Shown here: positions 1-12,004 of the stretch, piece by piece
How the letters are laid out: each line of letters opens with the position of its first letter
How positions within the stretch are numbered: position 1 is the first letter of the stretch
Source of the DNA: Callorhinchus milii
Taxonomy: Eukaryota
Assembly (NCBI RefSeq): GCF_018977255.1
Contig: NW_024704743.1
Location: 91,328,001 to 91,392,000, forward strand
Reading direction: 5' to 3'
DNA: 64,000 nucleotides
Notes under the pieces: generated by a model
Seen by the model: only the letters and a program-made list of their open reading frames with translations
Told to the model about the DNA's origin: nothing
Databases searched by the model: none
Program-made: the position numbers and the translations under genes

Positions 1-122
1 GCCCTTTACCCGAAGGCATGGTCAAAGAGAAAGGTCTTTGGACGGGACTTGAAGGAGGCAAGAGAGGGGTTGAGGCAGAGGGATTGCGGGATAGAGTTCC
101 AGAGTGTGGGGGCAGAAACGCC
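1..122 (-). mobile_element. L2 3' fragment
   Basis: Encodes SAPTLWNSIPQSLCL...SFKSRPKTFLFDHAF. Confidence 0.8.
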
Positions 123-304
123 TACAAATACACAGTCACTACAGTAAATCCTGTGAAGCATTGAGACATCTTCCCAATGTGAAAGTTCTGTATGGTATGT
201 AACGATTAATATTGTTATTATTCTAATAAGTGTGAAAATATTCTCAGAGCCAGCTGCTGCTGTTTCACGAACATGTTTGTATATTGCAAGCTGCAGTCTG
301 TTAC

Positions 305-436
305 CTGATGAGACAATTTCCTTTGGTGTCAGTACAGTCAGATAGGAGATATTCATCAACATGTAAAACACCGTCACACTGAGCATGGATGTTATTATGC
401 AGCGTGGAATATTCTTGGCTGGATTGTTCAGCTCCT
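305..436 (-). pseudogene. slc7a13: SLC7A13-like copy A, exon 2 (132 bp); remaining exons would lie beyond the window start
   Basis: Encodes EELNNPAKNIPRCIITSMLSVTVFYMLMNISYLTVLTPKEIVSS, with the same acceptor, donor and length as copy B exon 2. Confidence 0.85.
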
Positions 437-954
437 CTGAAAAACAGAATGAAAAATACAACAGTTTCCAGCTCTTCCCTGCAGCGAGAGAATTGTGCTA
501 ATTTATTAGGAGGCAAAAGAGCAATCCTCTGTAACACTTTCACTTGGAAACCATCTGACAAGAATAGTCACACTTTTAGGATACAAAACGTGCTTTTTCA
601 GTAATTGCTACTCAATTTTGTCACAGTGTCCGTTCCTAAAGAATGGTAATTTCCACCTTTGGCCCTGACACTTTTGCCTGGGATGATGATCTGTAGGCTA
701 ATGTTGCTACCATTGATTTTGGTATGTTACTGCTGGCAGTAATCCAATACTTAAAGTAATTACTCCTATTCTGTATTCACACTGTGAGCCTTCTACCGGT
801 TTTCAAAGAATATCACATGTTGATTAAAATGTCAACCATAGCAGATATTAGCTGGGGAATCTGGCTGAAATAAATGAGAAATTTATTGTCTCACTGAAAT
901 AGTGTCAGGGCATATCACCCGTGTTTATCACAATTGGAATAGAGTTAACCAATA

Positions 955-1210
955 CGTGGCTATCAGCCTGACTCAGTTGCTAGCACTCTCAACTCTGAGT
1001 CAACTGATTGTGGGTTCAAGCCCCAACTCAGACTTTTTGCTCATACGACGTGCAATTCTGGGGGAGCATTCCATTGTTGGAGGTGCCGTCCTTTAGATGA
1101 GATATTAAACTGAACTGCTGTCTACCTGTTCAGGTGAACTGTAAAGATTTCATGGCACTATTCAAAAAGAGAAAGGAGTTTCTTCCAGTGTCCCTGGCCA
1201 TCAATCCTTT
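955..1210 (+). mobile_element. Old DeuSINE-type (SacSINE1/AmnSINE1-like) SINE
   Basis: tRNA-like head followed by Deu-domain-like GCCGTCCTTTAGATGAGA..TTAAAC...CAGGTG...AAAGAT..CATGGCACTATT...GGAGTT..GTGTCC.TGGCCA (recognised from memory of the consensus). Confidence 0.7.
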
Positions 1211-1294
1211 AAATAAAACTGTTTGCAGCATGTACCTACAAAATAACTAGTCAATATATCCAGATTATCCATTTTACAGCATATAATTGCATAA

Positions 1295-1532
1295 TAATTC
1301 TTGCATTTGATAGTGCCTTATTTTGTCATTGAGATGTCTCAAAGTGTTTTAACATCTACCTGAACAGACAGACAGGAAACCAGTCCTGAAGATTGGCACC
1401 TGTGCCAACATAGCACACACCTAGCACCGCGTTGGAGTGTCAGCATAGACTATATGGGTTCCAAGACCCAATTTATGAACCCACAACCTTCTGACTCATA
1501 GGCGAGAGAATGAAACTAAGCCAGGCTGACCC
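1295..1532 (-). mobile_element. Old DeuSINE-type SINE fragment
   Basis: Reverse-complement similarity to 955-1210 and 10911-11322. Confidence 0.55.
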
Positions 1533-1866
1533 ATCCTGTGAAGTGTATTAAGATGTCCTCCTGAAAGGCCTATATCAAATATTCTATATTCTATGACACT
1601 ATATTGTGTTTGATGTGTACACTGATTCCAAAATGTTGATTGGAGAGTTACAAAATGATCCTCTTCTGAAGCCTATCATCCTCACACCTCCACTTTGAGT
1701 ATTATGATAATCTATTAAACATAGATCAATTCAAATTTCATATGAATATTTTGTGGTATTAGATTCTATTAGTACACCGTGATAGTATTTTGTTACACTA
1801 AGCATCCATTCTGACCTTAGGACAATACTGAAAGCATTCCACTGTCAATTACAATTCTTCCCTTAC

Positions 1867-2583
1867 CTGAAAGATAATTGACTGTATTCCAGCCTCCATA
1901 GGCCCAGAGTCCTTGATAAAAGGCTTCTCCAATCTGAGACACACTGGGAATGTCTCCACTGAAAGCGTTGGTCAGGTTCTCTGTTCTTCCCATTGCAATA
2001 AGAACTACTCCTGCAAGGCTGATGATAGTCAGTGCCAGTATTTTTAACACTGTGAATATGTTCTGTACCCTTGTGGCCCACCTCACACTCAGGCAGTTCA
2101 AGATACCCAGGACCAGGATTGTAGTTGCTGCCACAATCTTCTTGACTTGTTCAGGAGGTGGACAGCCAGAGTAGAAAGGTTGGACAACATATTCAGCAAA
2201 GGCTTTGGCCGCAACAGTAGCTGGTTCGGTAAAGATGACAGTCATCCAGGCGAAGAGGAAAGCAGGGATAGAGCCTAACGCTCTCTTCAAATAGAAATAT
2301 TCCCCTCCAGATGAAGGCAATGCTGCCCCTAACACAGCATAACACCCAGTGTGGAGAGGATTCCACACCCCAACCATATCATTAATGCCACTCCAACATT
2401 CAACTGGGAATATCTCAGGACCCCTCCCAGAGAAACAAAGATTCCAGATCCTATAATTGTACCTGTTATAAAATTAACTCCACTGAAATACCCAATTGTC
2501 CGCTTTAGATGTACATCTTTGTGCTTTCCTCTAATTCCGTTTCCTTGATTGACTTTCACATCCATATTTTGCTGTTGCTCCGT
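1867..2583 (-). pseudogene. slc7a13: SLC7A13-like copy A, exon 1, disrupted
   Basis: Aligns to copy B exon 1. The start codon equivalent is ACG (2583-2581). A 7-bp deletion near 2345 shifts the frame (stop at 2329), a 6-bp deletion near 2200 turns AKALTFAEY into AKAFAEY, and YAELG>YAVLG and VSPGG>VSLGG are substituted. The donor at 1867/1866 is retained. Confidence 0.88.
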
Positions 2584-3438
2584 CCCTAGTCAGATCTCAT
2601 ATCCATCAAATAAGTCTGTCATCAGGAATACCACGTTCTCACCTCTCAACTTATAGCAGATTCAACTGACTGAAGTTAAACTGTAGAAGGTATTTTTGTC
2701 TCTTAATCCTCCACTCTGCCACATTTTGTTAATAAGTCAGTTAAATGTTTCACAGTCAAGTGAATGATCAATTTTACCAGGGGGAATTGTTGATCAGGAC
2801 ACCAGGGCCATTCTCTTTTGAAGTGCAAGTGCTTCATCGGTTGACTGCTCTACCAGTCAGGTCACTGGGTTGCAACGAGCTTATATATTCTGTCAAGAGT
2901 CTAAGGTAAGGTCCAGGCTGAACATTACATCACGTTCCACTGTGCTTCCTTTTCTATTTACGCATAATGTATCATTTAGTTACAAATTTTGAACAGAGAG
3001 AGGTATCCATGCGTGAAGCAATGGATTTGCACTGGCACCACTGAAGTAGAGCATGAAAATCTTCACTGGATGTTAGAAAAAGAATCCCTTGTAAGGAAAG
3101 ATCAAATAACGAGACATCAATGGCCAAACTGGTCATACTTTTACTCATTGTGTAAGGTCAAGTAACAAGACATAACCTGACTAAATTACACTGAAAACAA
3201 ATCCTTACAGAAGTGCAACTACAGCAGAATTGAGAAGCAAACATCTTGCAGGAATCAGATGGAGTTGGCTGGACAATGGTTCAGTTAAGATTAGAGGACT
3301 ATAAGAATCATGGCTTTGAGCTAACTAGCAGGAGAGCCAGATCCATGGTTCAACACAGACACAAGAAGGAGAAAGATTGTCTGTCAACATAGATTTGATA
3401 CCACGCTAAAATAGCCACGGTCACCATCTCTACCTGGC

Positions 3439-3763
3439 AATAATAATAATAATAATAATCCTTGCATTTGATATAGCGCTTTTCACGTTGGGAGGACGTC
3501 CCAAAGCGCTTCACAGAACACACTGTAAAGTGAATTGACTGTACATTTGTGGACGAACACGGCAGCCAATTGGACACAGCAATTTCCCACAAACAGTCGT
3601 AGATTGAAAATGACCAATTTATTATTGTTTTTTTGTTTTGGAGGGATTATTATTAGGCGTGTGGAGTAAGGAAACTTGCCCAAGGTTTCGCCCTGACCTG
3701 CCTGGAATTGAACTCAGGTCTCTCGCTTGCAAAGCGAGTGCTCTAACCACTGAGCTACAGGAC
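3439..3763 (-). mobile_element. Young tRNA-Ala-derived SINE (short variant)
   Basis: A box TAGCTCAGTGG, anticodon arm ..TTGCAA.., B box GAGTTCAATTCC, L2-like tail and (ATT)n. Confidence 0.92.
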
Positions 3764-4719
3764 CTGAACACCTGTCAGCCCAGAGTTAAACTCCATAGTC
3801 GTAAGAACCTTTACTTCTGTATAAAATGATGTTTGGGCTTGAATAAACCAATCCATATTATAACTTGGATGGCGTTTGACTTCTCTCTTGAGTTACCCTA
3901 TGCTCCAAACAAACTCTAAGGGAAGAAAATTCTCTACACCCTTGGCTCTAATTTTTCTATCATCAAATATCCTTTACCCGCTTTAACAAACAGAATTGAT
4001 ATAATCAAAAATCATTCCCAAACTATTCTCTACCTTGATTGACTTGTTAGTCATTTTTCTAAAGTTTTAACCAGATTACAGCTTGATTCAGTATGGTTTT
4101 TTTGACCTTTTGAATGCCAGAATCTCCACTAAAGTTCTTATAGTCTGGTCTGCATATAGTCAGGTGTGCTTTTTAAGAGTTAACCCACCTACAAATCAGA
4201 TGTGCCTGGTTTCAGCAGTCTTAAAAATGAAATGTTTTTGTGGACAAGACCTTGGAAGTAAAGAAGTCAGTTGCTAATAAATGTATGCAATTCACTCAAA
4301 GCATGTGACAAAGACTTATTTCCAAATTTATATTATTGTTCGAATCGGATGTGATTTGCAAGTTACTAGTTGGGATGTGATGTGCCAGTTACTAGTTGGG
4401 AGTCCGAAAAATGTCAGTCTGCATAGATGAGAGCCAAAACATAATTGAAAAATGTAATGAGTGAAGAAACAATGACCAATCTTACTTTGCTGCATGACCA
4501 TTATCATATTAATATAGAGGTTGATCAAGTTATAGTTACATTTATTGGAAAACACCTATATAGGCTATTTTCCTCCTCATTGTTAACCCATTGAAGTGGC
4601 ATTGATGTAGACATCAAATTCAGCTGCACTGAAATACATATATAATAATGCAACAAAAGGAATGTGAATCACAGAATAACCATGATTTTTATTTGTTTTT
4701 TTATTTGGTTAACTGAGTC

Positions 4720-5010
4720 TCTGACACACACAAAAATCATACTTAAGAGTATCCAAATTAGACTGAGAGTTCTATATAGGTAGGTCACCTTACACATAGA
4801 CTTTTTCCGATGTTTTCTGTGTTTTCCCTCTGTGTTGGGACACTGTTGAAGTCTAATCAGCTAAAACTACATAGCTTGCCATTGAAAGCCCTGTCTGGCA
4901 AGCTCCTGTTGTTTGTCCTGCTAGGACCAGCCTACGGTTTAGGACATTGACCTGCAGAGTGAACAGATGGATAGTGGAAGAATCCATGGTGTTTGCCCCT
5001 CTGTCCATTG
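4720..5010 (+). repeat. Unclassified old interspersed repeat, copy 1
   Basis: Shares TGAAGTCTAA.CA.CTAAA...ATAGCTTGCCATT.AAAGC..TGTCTGG.AAGCT with the reverse complement of 42340-42620 and with 28930-29330. Confidence 0.65.
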
Positions 5011-5251
5011 GGTATTGGGTAAGAGCACCCCCACATCACCACCACTTTAGCACAGTGCATTGCCTCAAGAGTTCAGCACTGCCACCGGCCATTTTGATCA
5101 TGGAGTGTGGCATTTAATTGCTGCTTCATCGATTGAGTTTGACTGATATTGTGTGGAGCATCACTGAAATGCCATTCTCTATGGTCGGAAGCATTAATAG
5201 TAGCCGTGATCAAGTGATCAGCTGGAACTAAGGCCTTTGAGACAAATCTTT

Positions 5252-5558
5252 GAGTCCTGTAGCTCAGTGGTTAGAGCACTCGAGAGACCTGAGTTCAATT
5301 CCAGGCAGGTCAGGGCGAAACCTTGGGCAAGTTTCCTTACTCCACACACCTAATAATAATCCCTCCAAAACAAAAAACAATAATAAATTGGTCATTTTCA
5401 ATCTACGACTGTTTGTGGGACATTGCTGTGCGCAATTGGCTGCCGCGTTCGTCCACAAATATGCAGTCAATTCACTATACAGTGTGTTCTGTGAAGCGCT
5501 TTGGGATGTCCACCCGACGTGAAAAGCGCTATATCAAATGCAAGGATTATTATTATTA
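5252..5558 (+). mobile_element. Young tRNA-Ala-derived SINE with the anticodon loop deleted
   Basis: Same consensus, but GAGCACTCG^AGAGACC lacks about 11 nt. Confidence 0.92.
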
Positions 5559-6815
5559 AATCAACTTGTATTGTTGTCAATTATACAGGCACAGGCTTAT
5601 GTAATGTCAGGAAGGGGGTGGGGGAGAGATGATCACACCCAAACATTATCAAAGAAAATTGCAATGTTTCTTAACCAATTTGCGTTGAATCTATTATATA
5701 ATATCGCACTTGTATGTATTGTAGATGTGCCCAGACCTTTTAATTCCTTACACACTCAGATTTACACAAAGTATATTTGTGACCTTGAGCACAATTTACA
5801 CGATTGCCAGACGTCCTTTTCTACTTATCTGTTTTTATTTTCTGTCTGACTACCTCAACCACAGACTAAGTAATAGTAACAATAATCCTTACATTTCACA
5901 TAGCACCTTTCATATCAGGAGGATATCCAAAGCATTTCACAGGATATACAGTTAAATGCACTGTAAGTGTGTGTCTTGTGGGCTAACCTGGTAGCCAATT
6001 CGTGCACACCAGTGTCCCACAAATACCCATGACGTGAATAAGTAATTTTATTATCGGATTGGTGGCCAGGACACTGGTCGAAATTGACAATAAATGGGGC
6101 CAAACATGAACTGAGTATGAAAAACAACAATCTATTTACTGTCTATAATGGGATTTCATGGGTCGTAAAACGATTGCTATTTTTGGTGATGAGCTCATTG
6201 TAGACCCCATTGTTTTCTTTTCCTGACTTCCAAATTGCTTCAACACCGTCACATCTGGTGTCATTGCTTCAATGTTTGGCATATCAGTGCTCCCCACTTT
6301 ACTCAGCATCATCTTCATAGTGTTGGTGTACTCCAAAGGCAACACTGAAGCCCCAATTGAAGCCAGTGGGAAGAATAAAATATTACTGTGACGTAAAAGT
6401 CAGGCAAATTAACTCTTTAAAATTTTAATTAGAGCGGTTCAAAGAATGTTCTTATTCCAGATCCAGAGTATTCCTCTACTGGTTGTTTATTTAATCAAAA
6501 TCTTTGAGTTTTACTTACTCATAGACTGAATAAAGTATAAAGTAAAGAATGAATAGCTCAATACCACAATATGTTACTCGTGTTTAGCCTCAGTTACTGG
6601 GAGTCTTGAATTCCCATTGAATCTTGACGTGGAGAAAGTCATAGCAACATGAACCAGAAAGAGAAAGGAGTCAATGAGACCATGGAAGCATAAAGTCTTC
6701 GACAAAGTAATGTTGCACAGTAACACTTGTAAGAGGATAGCAGTTTACATTTTCACAAGCGACATGTTGATATCAGCTTTTAAAATGACCGAGTACAGTT
6801 TACAGGGACAAGATA

Positions 6816-7061
6816 TTATTGGGTCTTCATGTCTTTGAGCACATCAGGGGGAGAGGCTTCCAAAAAGAGCTGTAAAAAACATGTGATTGTGTCAAAGCAT
6901 TTAAAATGTAATTTGAAATGTACAAATGGGAAGTAGAAGACAAGACCTCCTATTATAAAGATCAGCACATAGATATATTCAATCCTGGGAGATTGCACCA
7001 GCGGAGACACAACAAACACCACACTGGCTGCGACCATCAGAAAGGGAACTGGTAAGAATAC
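6816..7061 (-). CDS. slc7a13: SLC7A13-like copy B, exon 4 (terminal, 246 bp including stop)
   Basis: Acceptor TTTTCACAG|GTA. Encodes VFLPVPFLMV...GLVFYFPFVHFK...ITCFLQLFLEASPPDVLKDMKTQ*. The four exons sum to 730+132+365+246 = 1473 nt, giving 490 aa with no internal stop. Confidence 0.9.
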   Translation of the reverse strand, partial: VFLPVPFLMVAASVVFVVSPLVQSPRIEYIYVLIFIIGGLVFYFPFVHFKLHFKCFDTITCFLQLFLEASPPDVLKDMKTQ

Positions 7062-8004
7062 CTGTGAAAACAAAATCTCATTTTACTGCTGGCATAAAGC
7101 ACTATATCAAAACTCATTTATTATGTCTCTGACTCCTTTATCAGATCATATCTGGAATCAATATTTGCACTTGTGCTTTAATTATAAAATTGACTTTGGT
7201 TATTAAAAGTTAATGATTTTTGCCTGAAGTTGCTTGCACTCTCCCATCTCTGTTAAAATAACTTTTGGTGATGCTGAGATTTATGTGATTAAATGTAAGA
7301 TGGTGACTTCCTCTGGGATTCTTGCCTGTTTCTTATAATAATGATGTCAATTATCCTTATATAAACCTTAAGTCTTATCACATCGTCAAACTGTCTCATA
7401 CGTACATCATAGGATTTACTGTAAAATCTAGTGACCTTGCATTTTGTGGGCGATCCCAGCAGCTAATTTGTGCACAGCAATGTCTCACCAGGCCAAAAAT
7501 TGAGTGACGAATGTTATCTGGGGGGTTACTATCCAGGATATTGTGAGAAACTACTTTTTCATTTTGAATACAGCCATGTTATCTTTAACATCCACCTGAA
7601 CATGTAGATGTGATCTCAGTTTAAATGCCTTATCTGAAGCATATAATAATTTATTAGATTATCTGAAGACCTTATGAATTATTGTTGTGTGTAATTGGTG
7701 ACTATTAGCTGTTGACTGGGATTCTGGCTTCAAAGTTGATCTCGAGCTGTGTGTTGCTTTTCATTTTCAAAAAATAGAAGAAAGCGAGGACGGCCATTTG
7801 GATAAGCAGGAGGTCCTGAAGTGCAAAGTGTCACCAGATAAATAAGATCGCAAGATTGGTCTGGATGAAGAAGACCCATCCAATCTCACCCGACCAGAAC
7901 ATCCTCCTACTGTCCCTCAATCACTGCATCAAGCTTCTTTTTAAATGTGTCCAGTGTCCTGGACTCTATCACCTTTTCTGGCAACTTGTTCCAGTTATTG
8001 ATTA

Positions 8005-9432
8005 ACTGGGGGGAGCATATTAACGTGGATTGGGGAATGGTTAACGGGTAGGAAACAAAGAGTAGGGATAAACGGGTCCTTTTCAGATTGGCGGGATGTG
8101 ACTAGTGGAGTGCCACAAGGATCAGTCCTTGGGTGTCAGCTATTTACCATCTACATCAACGATCTAGATGAGGACATCAAAGTTAATATATCTAAATTTG
8201 TGGATGACATAAAACTGGGAAGAAGTGTCAATACAGAGGATGACATTAAAAAAGTGCAGCGAGACATAGATAGGTTAGATGATTGGGCGGGTAGGTGGCA
8301 GATGAAGTATAATGTAGGGAAGTGCAAAGTCATCCACCGAGGTAGAAAAAACAGTAGAGCGGGTTAATTTTTAGAAGGGGAGAGATTGGAATGTGTTAGC
8401 GTCCAGAGGGACTTGGGTGTCCTTGTACACCAATCACAGAAAGTTAGTCTGCAGGTGCAGCAGCAATTAGGAAGGCGAACGGTATATTAGCATTCATTAT
8501 GAAAGGATTAGAGTATAAGAGTAGGGAAGTCTTGCTGCAACTGTATAGGGCCCTGGTGAGACCACACCTGGAATACTGTGTGCAGTTTTGGTCTCCTTAT
8601 TTAAGGAAGGATGTACTTGCCTTGGAAGGGGTGTAGCGTAGATTTACTAGGTTAGCACCAGGGATGAAGGGGTTGAGTTATGAGGATAGGCTGACCAATT
8701 TGGGCCTATATTCTCTAGAATATAAAATAATTAGAGGGGATCTTATAGAAACCTATAAGATCATCAAAGGGCATGATAGAGTAGATAGTGGGAGATTGTT
8801 TCCCCTTGTTGGAGAAACTAAAACCAGGGGTCACAACCTTAAAATCAGAGGCCAGCCCTTTCACACTGAGTTGAGGAAGAACTTCTTCACTCAAAGGGTG
8901 GTGAATGTATGGAGTCCTGTAGCTCAGTGGTTAGAGCACTCGCTTTGCAAGTGAGAGACCTGAGTTCAATTCCAGGCAGAGGGTGAAACCTTGGGCAAGT
9001 TTCCTTACTCCACACGTCTAATAATAATCCCTCCAAAATAAAACAATAATAAATTGGTCATTTTCAATCCATGACTGTTTGTGGGACACTGCTGTGCGCA
9101 ATTGGCTGCTGCGTTCGCTCACAAATATACAGTCAATTCACTTTACAGTATATTCTGTGAAGCGCTTTGGGACGTCTAGAAGACGTGAAAAGCGCTATAT
9201 CAAATGCAAGGATTATTATTATTATTACCCTAAAGGGCTGTTGATGCTCAGTCCCTGAACATATTCAAGACTGAGATAGATAGATTTCTTATTGCAAAAA
9301 GGATTAAGGGATATGGGGATTAGGTTATTAGCTGGAGTTAGATTAGAAGATCAGCCATGATTGAATGGCGGGGCAGGCTCGAAGGGCTGAACGGCCTACT
9401 CCTGCTCCTACATGTTATGTTATGTTATGTTA
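8005..9432 (+). mobile_element. CR1-clade LINE 3' fragment (RT C-terminal half and 3' UTR), split by a SINE at 8911-9226
   Basis: Encodes [43 protein letters not shown] and TRGHNLKI...FFTQRVVNVW; ends in a (TGTTA)n tail. Confidence 0.92.
8911..9226 (+). mobile_element. Young tRNA-Ala-derived SINE inserted in a CR1
   Basis: Full head, body and tail consensus. Confidence 0.92.
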
Positions 9433-10910
9433 TTACCCTCTACATAAAGAAAAACTTTCTGGTATCTGTCTTTAAAATGCTCTTTACAATTCTAAACCTA
9501 TGTCCTCTTGTTCTACTATCATGAAGCATCCTAAAATATTGATCTGGGTTTACTTTTTTAATCCCATTTAAAATGTTGTGCACCTTTATGAGGTTCCCTC
9601 TGCATTGTCTTCTTTCAGTCTGTAGTTGTTGCTCACAGCCCATTCTTCTAACACTGAGGATTATCATCGTGGCTCTCCTCTGTATTGCCTCAATGGCCGA
9701 AACAGCCCTCTTATGTTGTGGTGATCAGAACTGCACACAATACTAAACGTGTGGTCTGACCAGAGCACTTTACAACCTGAGAATGACACCTGGGGATCGA
9801 AACTCAATTGATTTAGCAATAAAGCCCAGCATCCTGTTTGCCTTGTTTATTCAACAATAATTGGCATTTATATCAGGCGCTTCATGTGGGGTAGTGTCTC
9901 AGAGCACTTAACAGTGGCAAAGCTTGACACCAAAAGAGAGCTTTATAGAGGAAAAAAGATGCTTAGTCTTCATTGCATTATAATGAAATGAGATTTGCTG
10001 TGAATCTTAGGACAACAGAAACACAGATTTTCTCAAATGTGACCTCTTTTGAATCATTCACAAATGCTTTTGTCTACTCAGCTCTGTACTTAATGATATG
10101 CTCAGCTATTAGGCATGAACGTTGCAAACAACAGTTTGCAAAATGTATTGAGATGCAAGTGACCTTTTGCAAAATCACAAAAGCTTTGTAAATCAATAAA
10201 TAATCATACTTTCATTTGGTGGTTTGCAACTGAAGCAGAAAAAACAGGGGAAACATTTCATGTACGTTCAGAAATGATACCTGTGAAACTATCTGAATAG
10301 CTCCTTGAAAGCATGAATTCCTGTGGCCCTGGCTACTGGAGCTCTACTGGAGCTCCAATAGTCACTGGCTCCCTCCCACAGCCTTTACATATATCATCAC
10401 CTCTGTTTGTTATTCCAAACAGACAGTTTCAATCTCATTAGCTAATCTGGCATTAAGCCAATGAGTGTTAATCTTTTTTTGATACATCTCACAAATTGAA
10501 TTTTATCAAACACCTTCTTCAATCCAGCTTGATTATACCCATTGATCAAACTACCTTCTTAGCATTTCAAAGACCTCTAGCAGATTTGTAAAGTTGAATG
10601 TCTTGTCTTGAATTTATGTTTTTCTTTATGGTCTCTGCTCTTGATCCTTTAAAATGCACTTGTGTATTTTCTGCAGTGCCGATGTTAAGATAACTGGTTC
10701 ATAACTCCTGGGTGCACACATCACTGCTTTACAACAACAACAACTTGGCATTTGTATAGCATCCTTCTCTTGGGGCAGTGTTTTGGAGCACTTACATGTT
10801 TATTGAGCATAAGATGAAAAGCTATAGTTGAAGATTGTACACATCTGGAGTTATCAAAGCGAACTGAGCATGATGGCTTTGGTTTTGTGGACATTCAGTT
10901 CAAGGAAGTT

Positions 10911-11322
10911 AATAATAATCCTTACATTTGGAATAGTACTTTTCATGTCAGGAGGCTGCCTCAAAGCACTTCACGTGACACACGGCAAAGTGCAGTGACT
11001 GTGTTTGTGGACGAACATGGCAGCCAATTTAGCTACAGCGTTTTTCTACAACCACACAGTGATATGACCAATTTTATTCAGGGTCTTATTGGCCAGAAAA
11101 CTCCCTTCCATTTTTGAATAATACCATGGGTTCCGAACAGGTACACGGGACCTCAGTTTAACATCTGATCTGAAGGACCATACGTCCAACAATGCAGCGC
11201 ACCTCCAGCACTGCCTTGGAGCGCCTCTTAGACCATATGAGATCTAAATCCTGACATGGGGCTTGAACTCACAGACTTTTGATTCAGAGACAAGAGTGCC
11301 ACCAACTGAGCCAGCCTGACAC
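10911..11322 (-). mobile_element. Old DeuSINE-type SINE, near complete
   Basis: Head, Deu-like core and L2-like tail in reverse complement. Confidence 0.7.
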
Positions 11323-11366
11323 ATAAGTTAAAGGTAATCCAGGACTTTATATTTATTAGACAGTCT

Positions 11367-12004
11367 TGTTAAGCTGGCACCAAGCCAAATGATTGATTAA
11401 CCTGAGTACGTGACAGTATCAGAAGTGGTTAGAGGGGCCCTAAGAAAAGGACACTTGGAAAAGGGTATAACTAGCCCACCTCTAGGTGAGAACAGTTAGA
11501 AGAACAGGACGACTCAAGAGAGGGAGATAGTCAGTCCGGGAGTAGAGATCAGAGGGACACCATACGTTTGTGAGTCTATCACTAAGCTGCTCGGGCTCAA
11601 GAAAGGGAAGTTGAAGAACTGCTGCTGCTGACTCCTTTAAATGTTAGTATGAGTATTTCTTAACTGCATGTAACCAATGTGGTTTTAATATAATATAGTC
11701 AAGTATAATTGTTATCCTTTGATATAATCATTGTATTCTAGTATTGCTTATTGGATCATTTACTTTGTATTGTATGATTGATATTAATAATAATAATCCT
11801 TGCTTTTGATATAGCGCTTTTCACGTTTTCTAGACATCTCAAAGCGCTTTGCAGAATATGCTGTAAAGTGAATTGACTGTATATTTGTGGGCGAAACAAC
11901 ATATTACCTGTTGTGTATCGAAATAAAGCATTCAAAAGTATGTCACGCCATATTTGGTATTTGCCGAGTCTGTTGATCGAACCTGGGATTCATTTTTCCC
12001 AACA
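11367..12004 (+). mobile_element. Putative LTR, interrupted by a SINE tail fragment at about 11787-11896
   Basis: Bounded by TGTT...AACA, with TATAA near 11465 and AATAAA near 11922. It lies directly upstream of gag-like ORF remnants. No clear PBS. Confidence 0.55.

Larger units (their letters stand above)
7842..9850 (-). mobile_element. Older CR1-type LINE 3' fragment in two pieces (7842-8004 and 9433-9850), interrupted by the + strand CR1
   Basis: The minus frame reads RGNLIKVHNILNG...TRGHRFRI...RKFFF. The two pieces join into sequence collinear with the copies at 25573-25975 and 56516-56900. Confidence 0.75.

Noticed and set aside
1863..2548. Antisense or alternate-frame ORFs shared by both gene copies (MSPLKALVRF..., MGHKGTEH..., MERIPHPNH...)
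   Set aside because: Shadow ORFs, conserved only because the underlying exon DNA is near-identical.
6136..6345. 69-aa minus-strand ORF downstream of the copy B stop
   Set aside because: No recognisable homology or convincing splice acceptor, and exon 4 already ends in a proper stop; probably 3' UTR or intergenic.
8911..8985. tRNA-Ala(UGC)-like sequences here and at other SINE heads
   Set aside because: Each continues into the SINE body and L2-like tail and has no Pol III terminator right after the acceptor stem, so they are SINE heads rather than tRNA genes.
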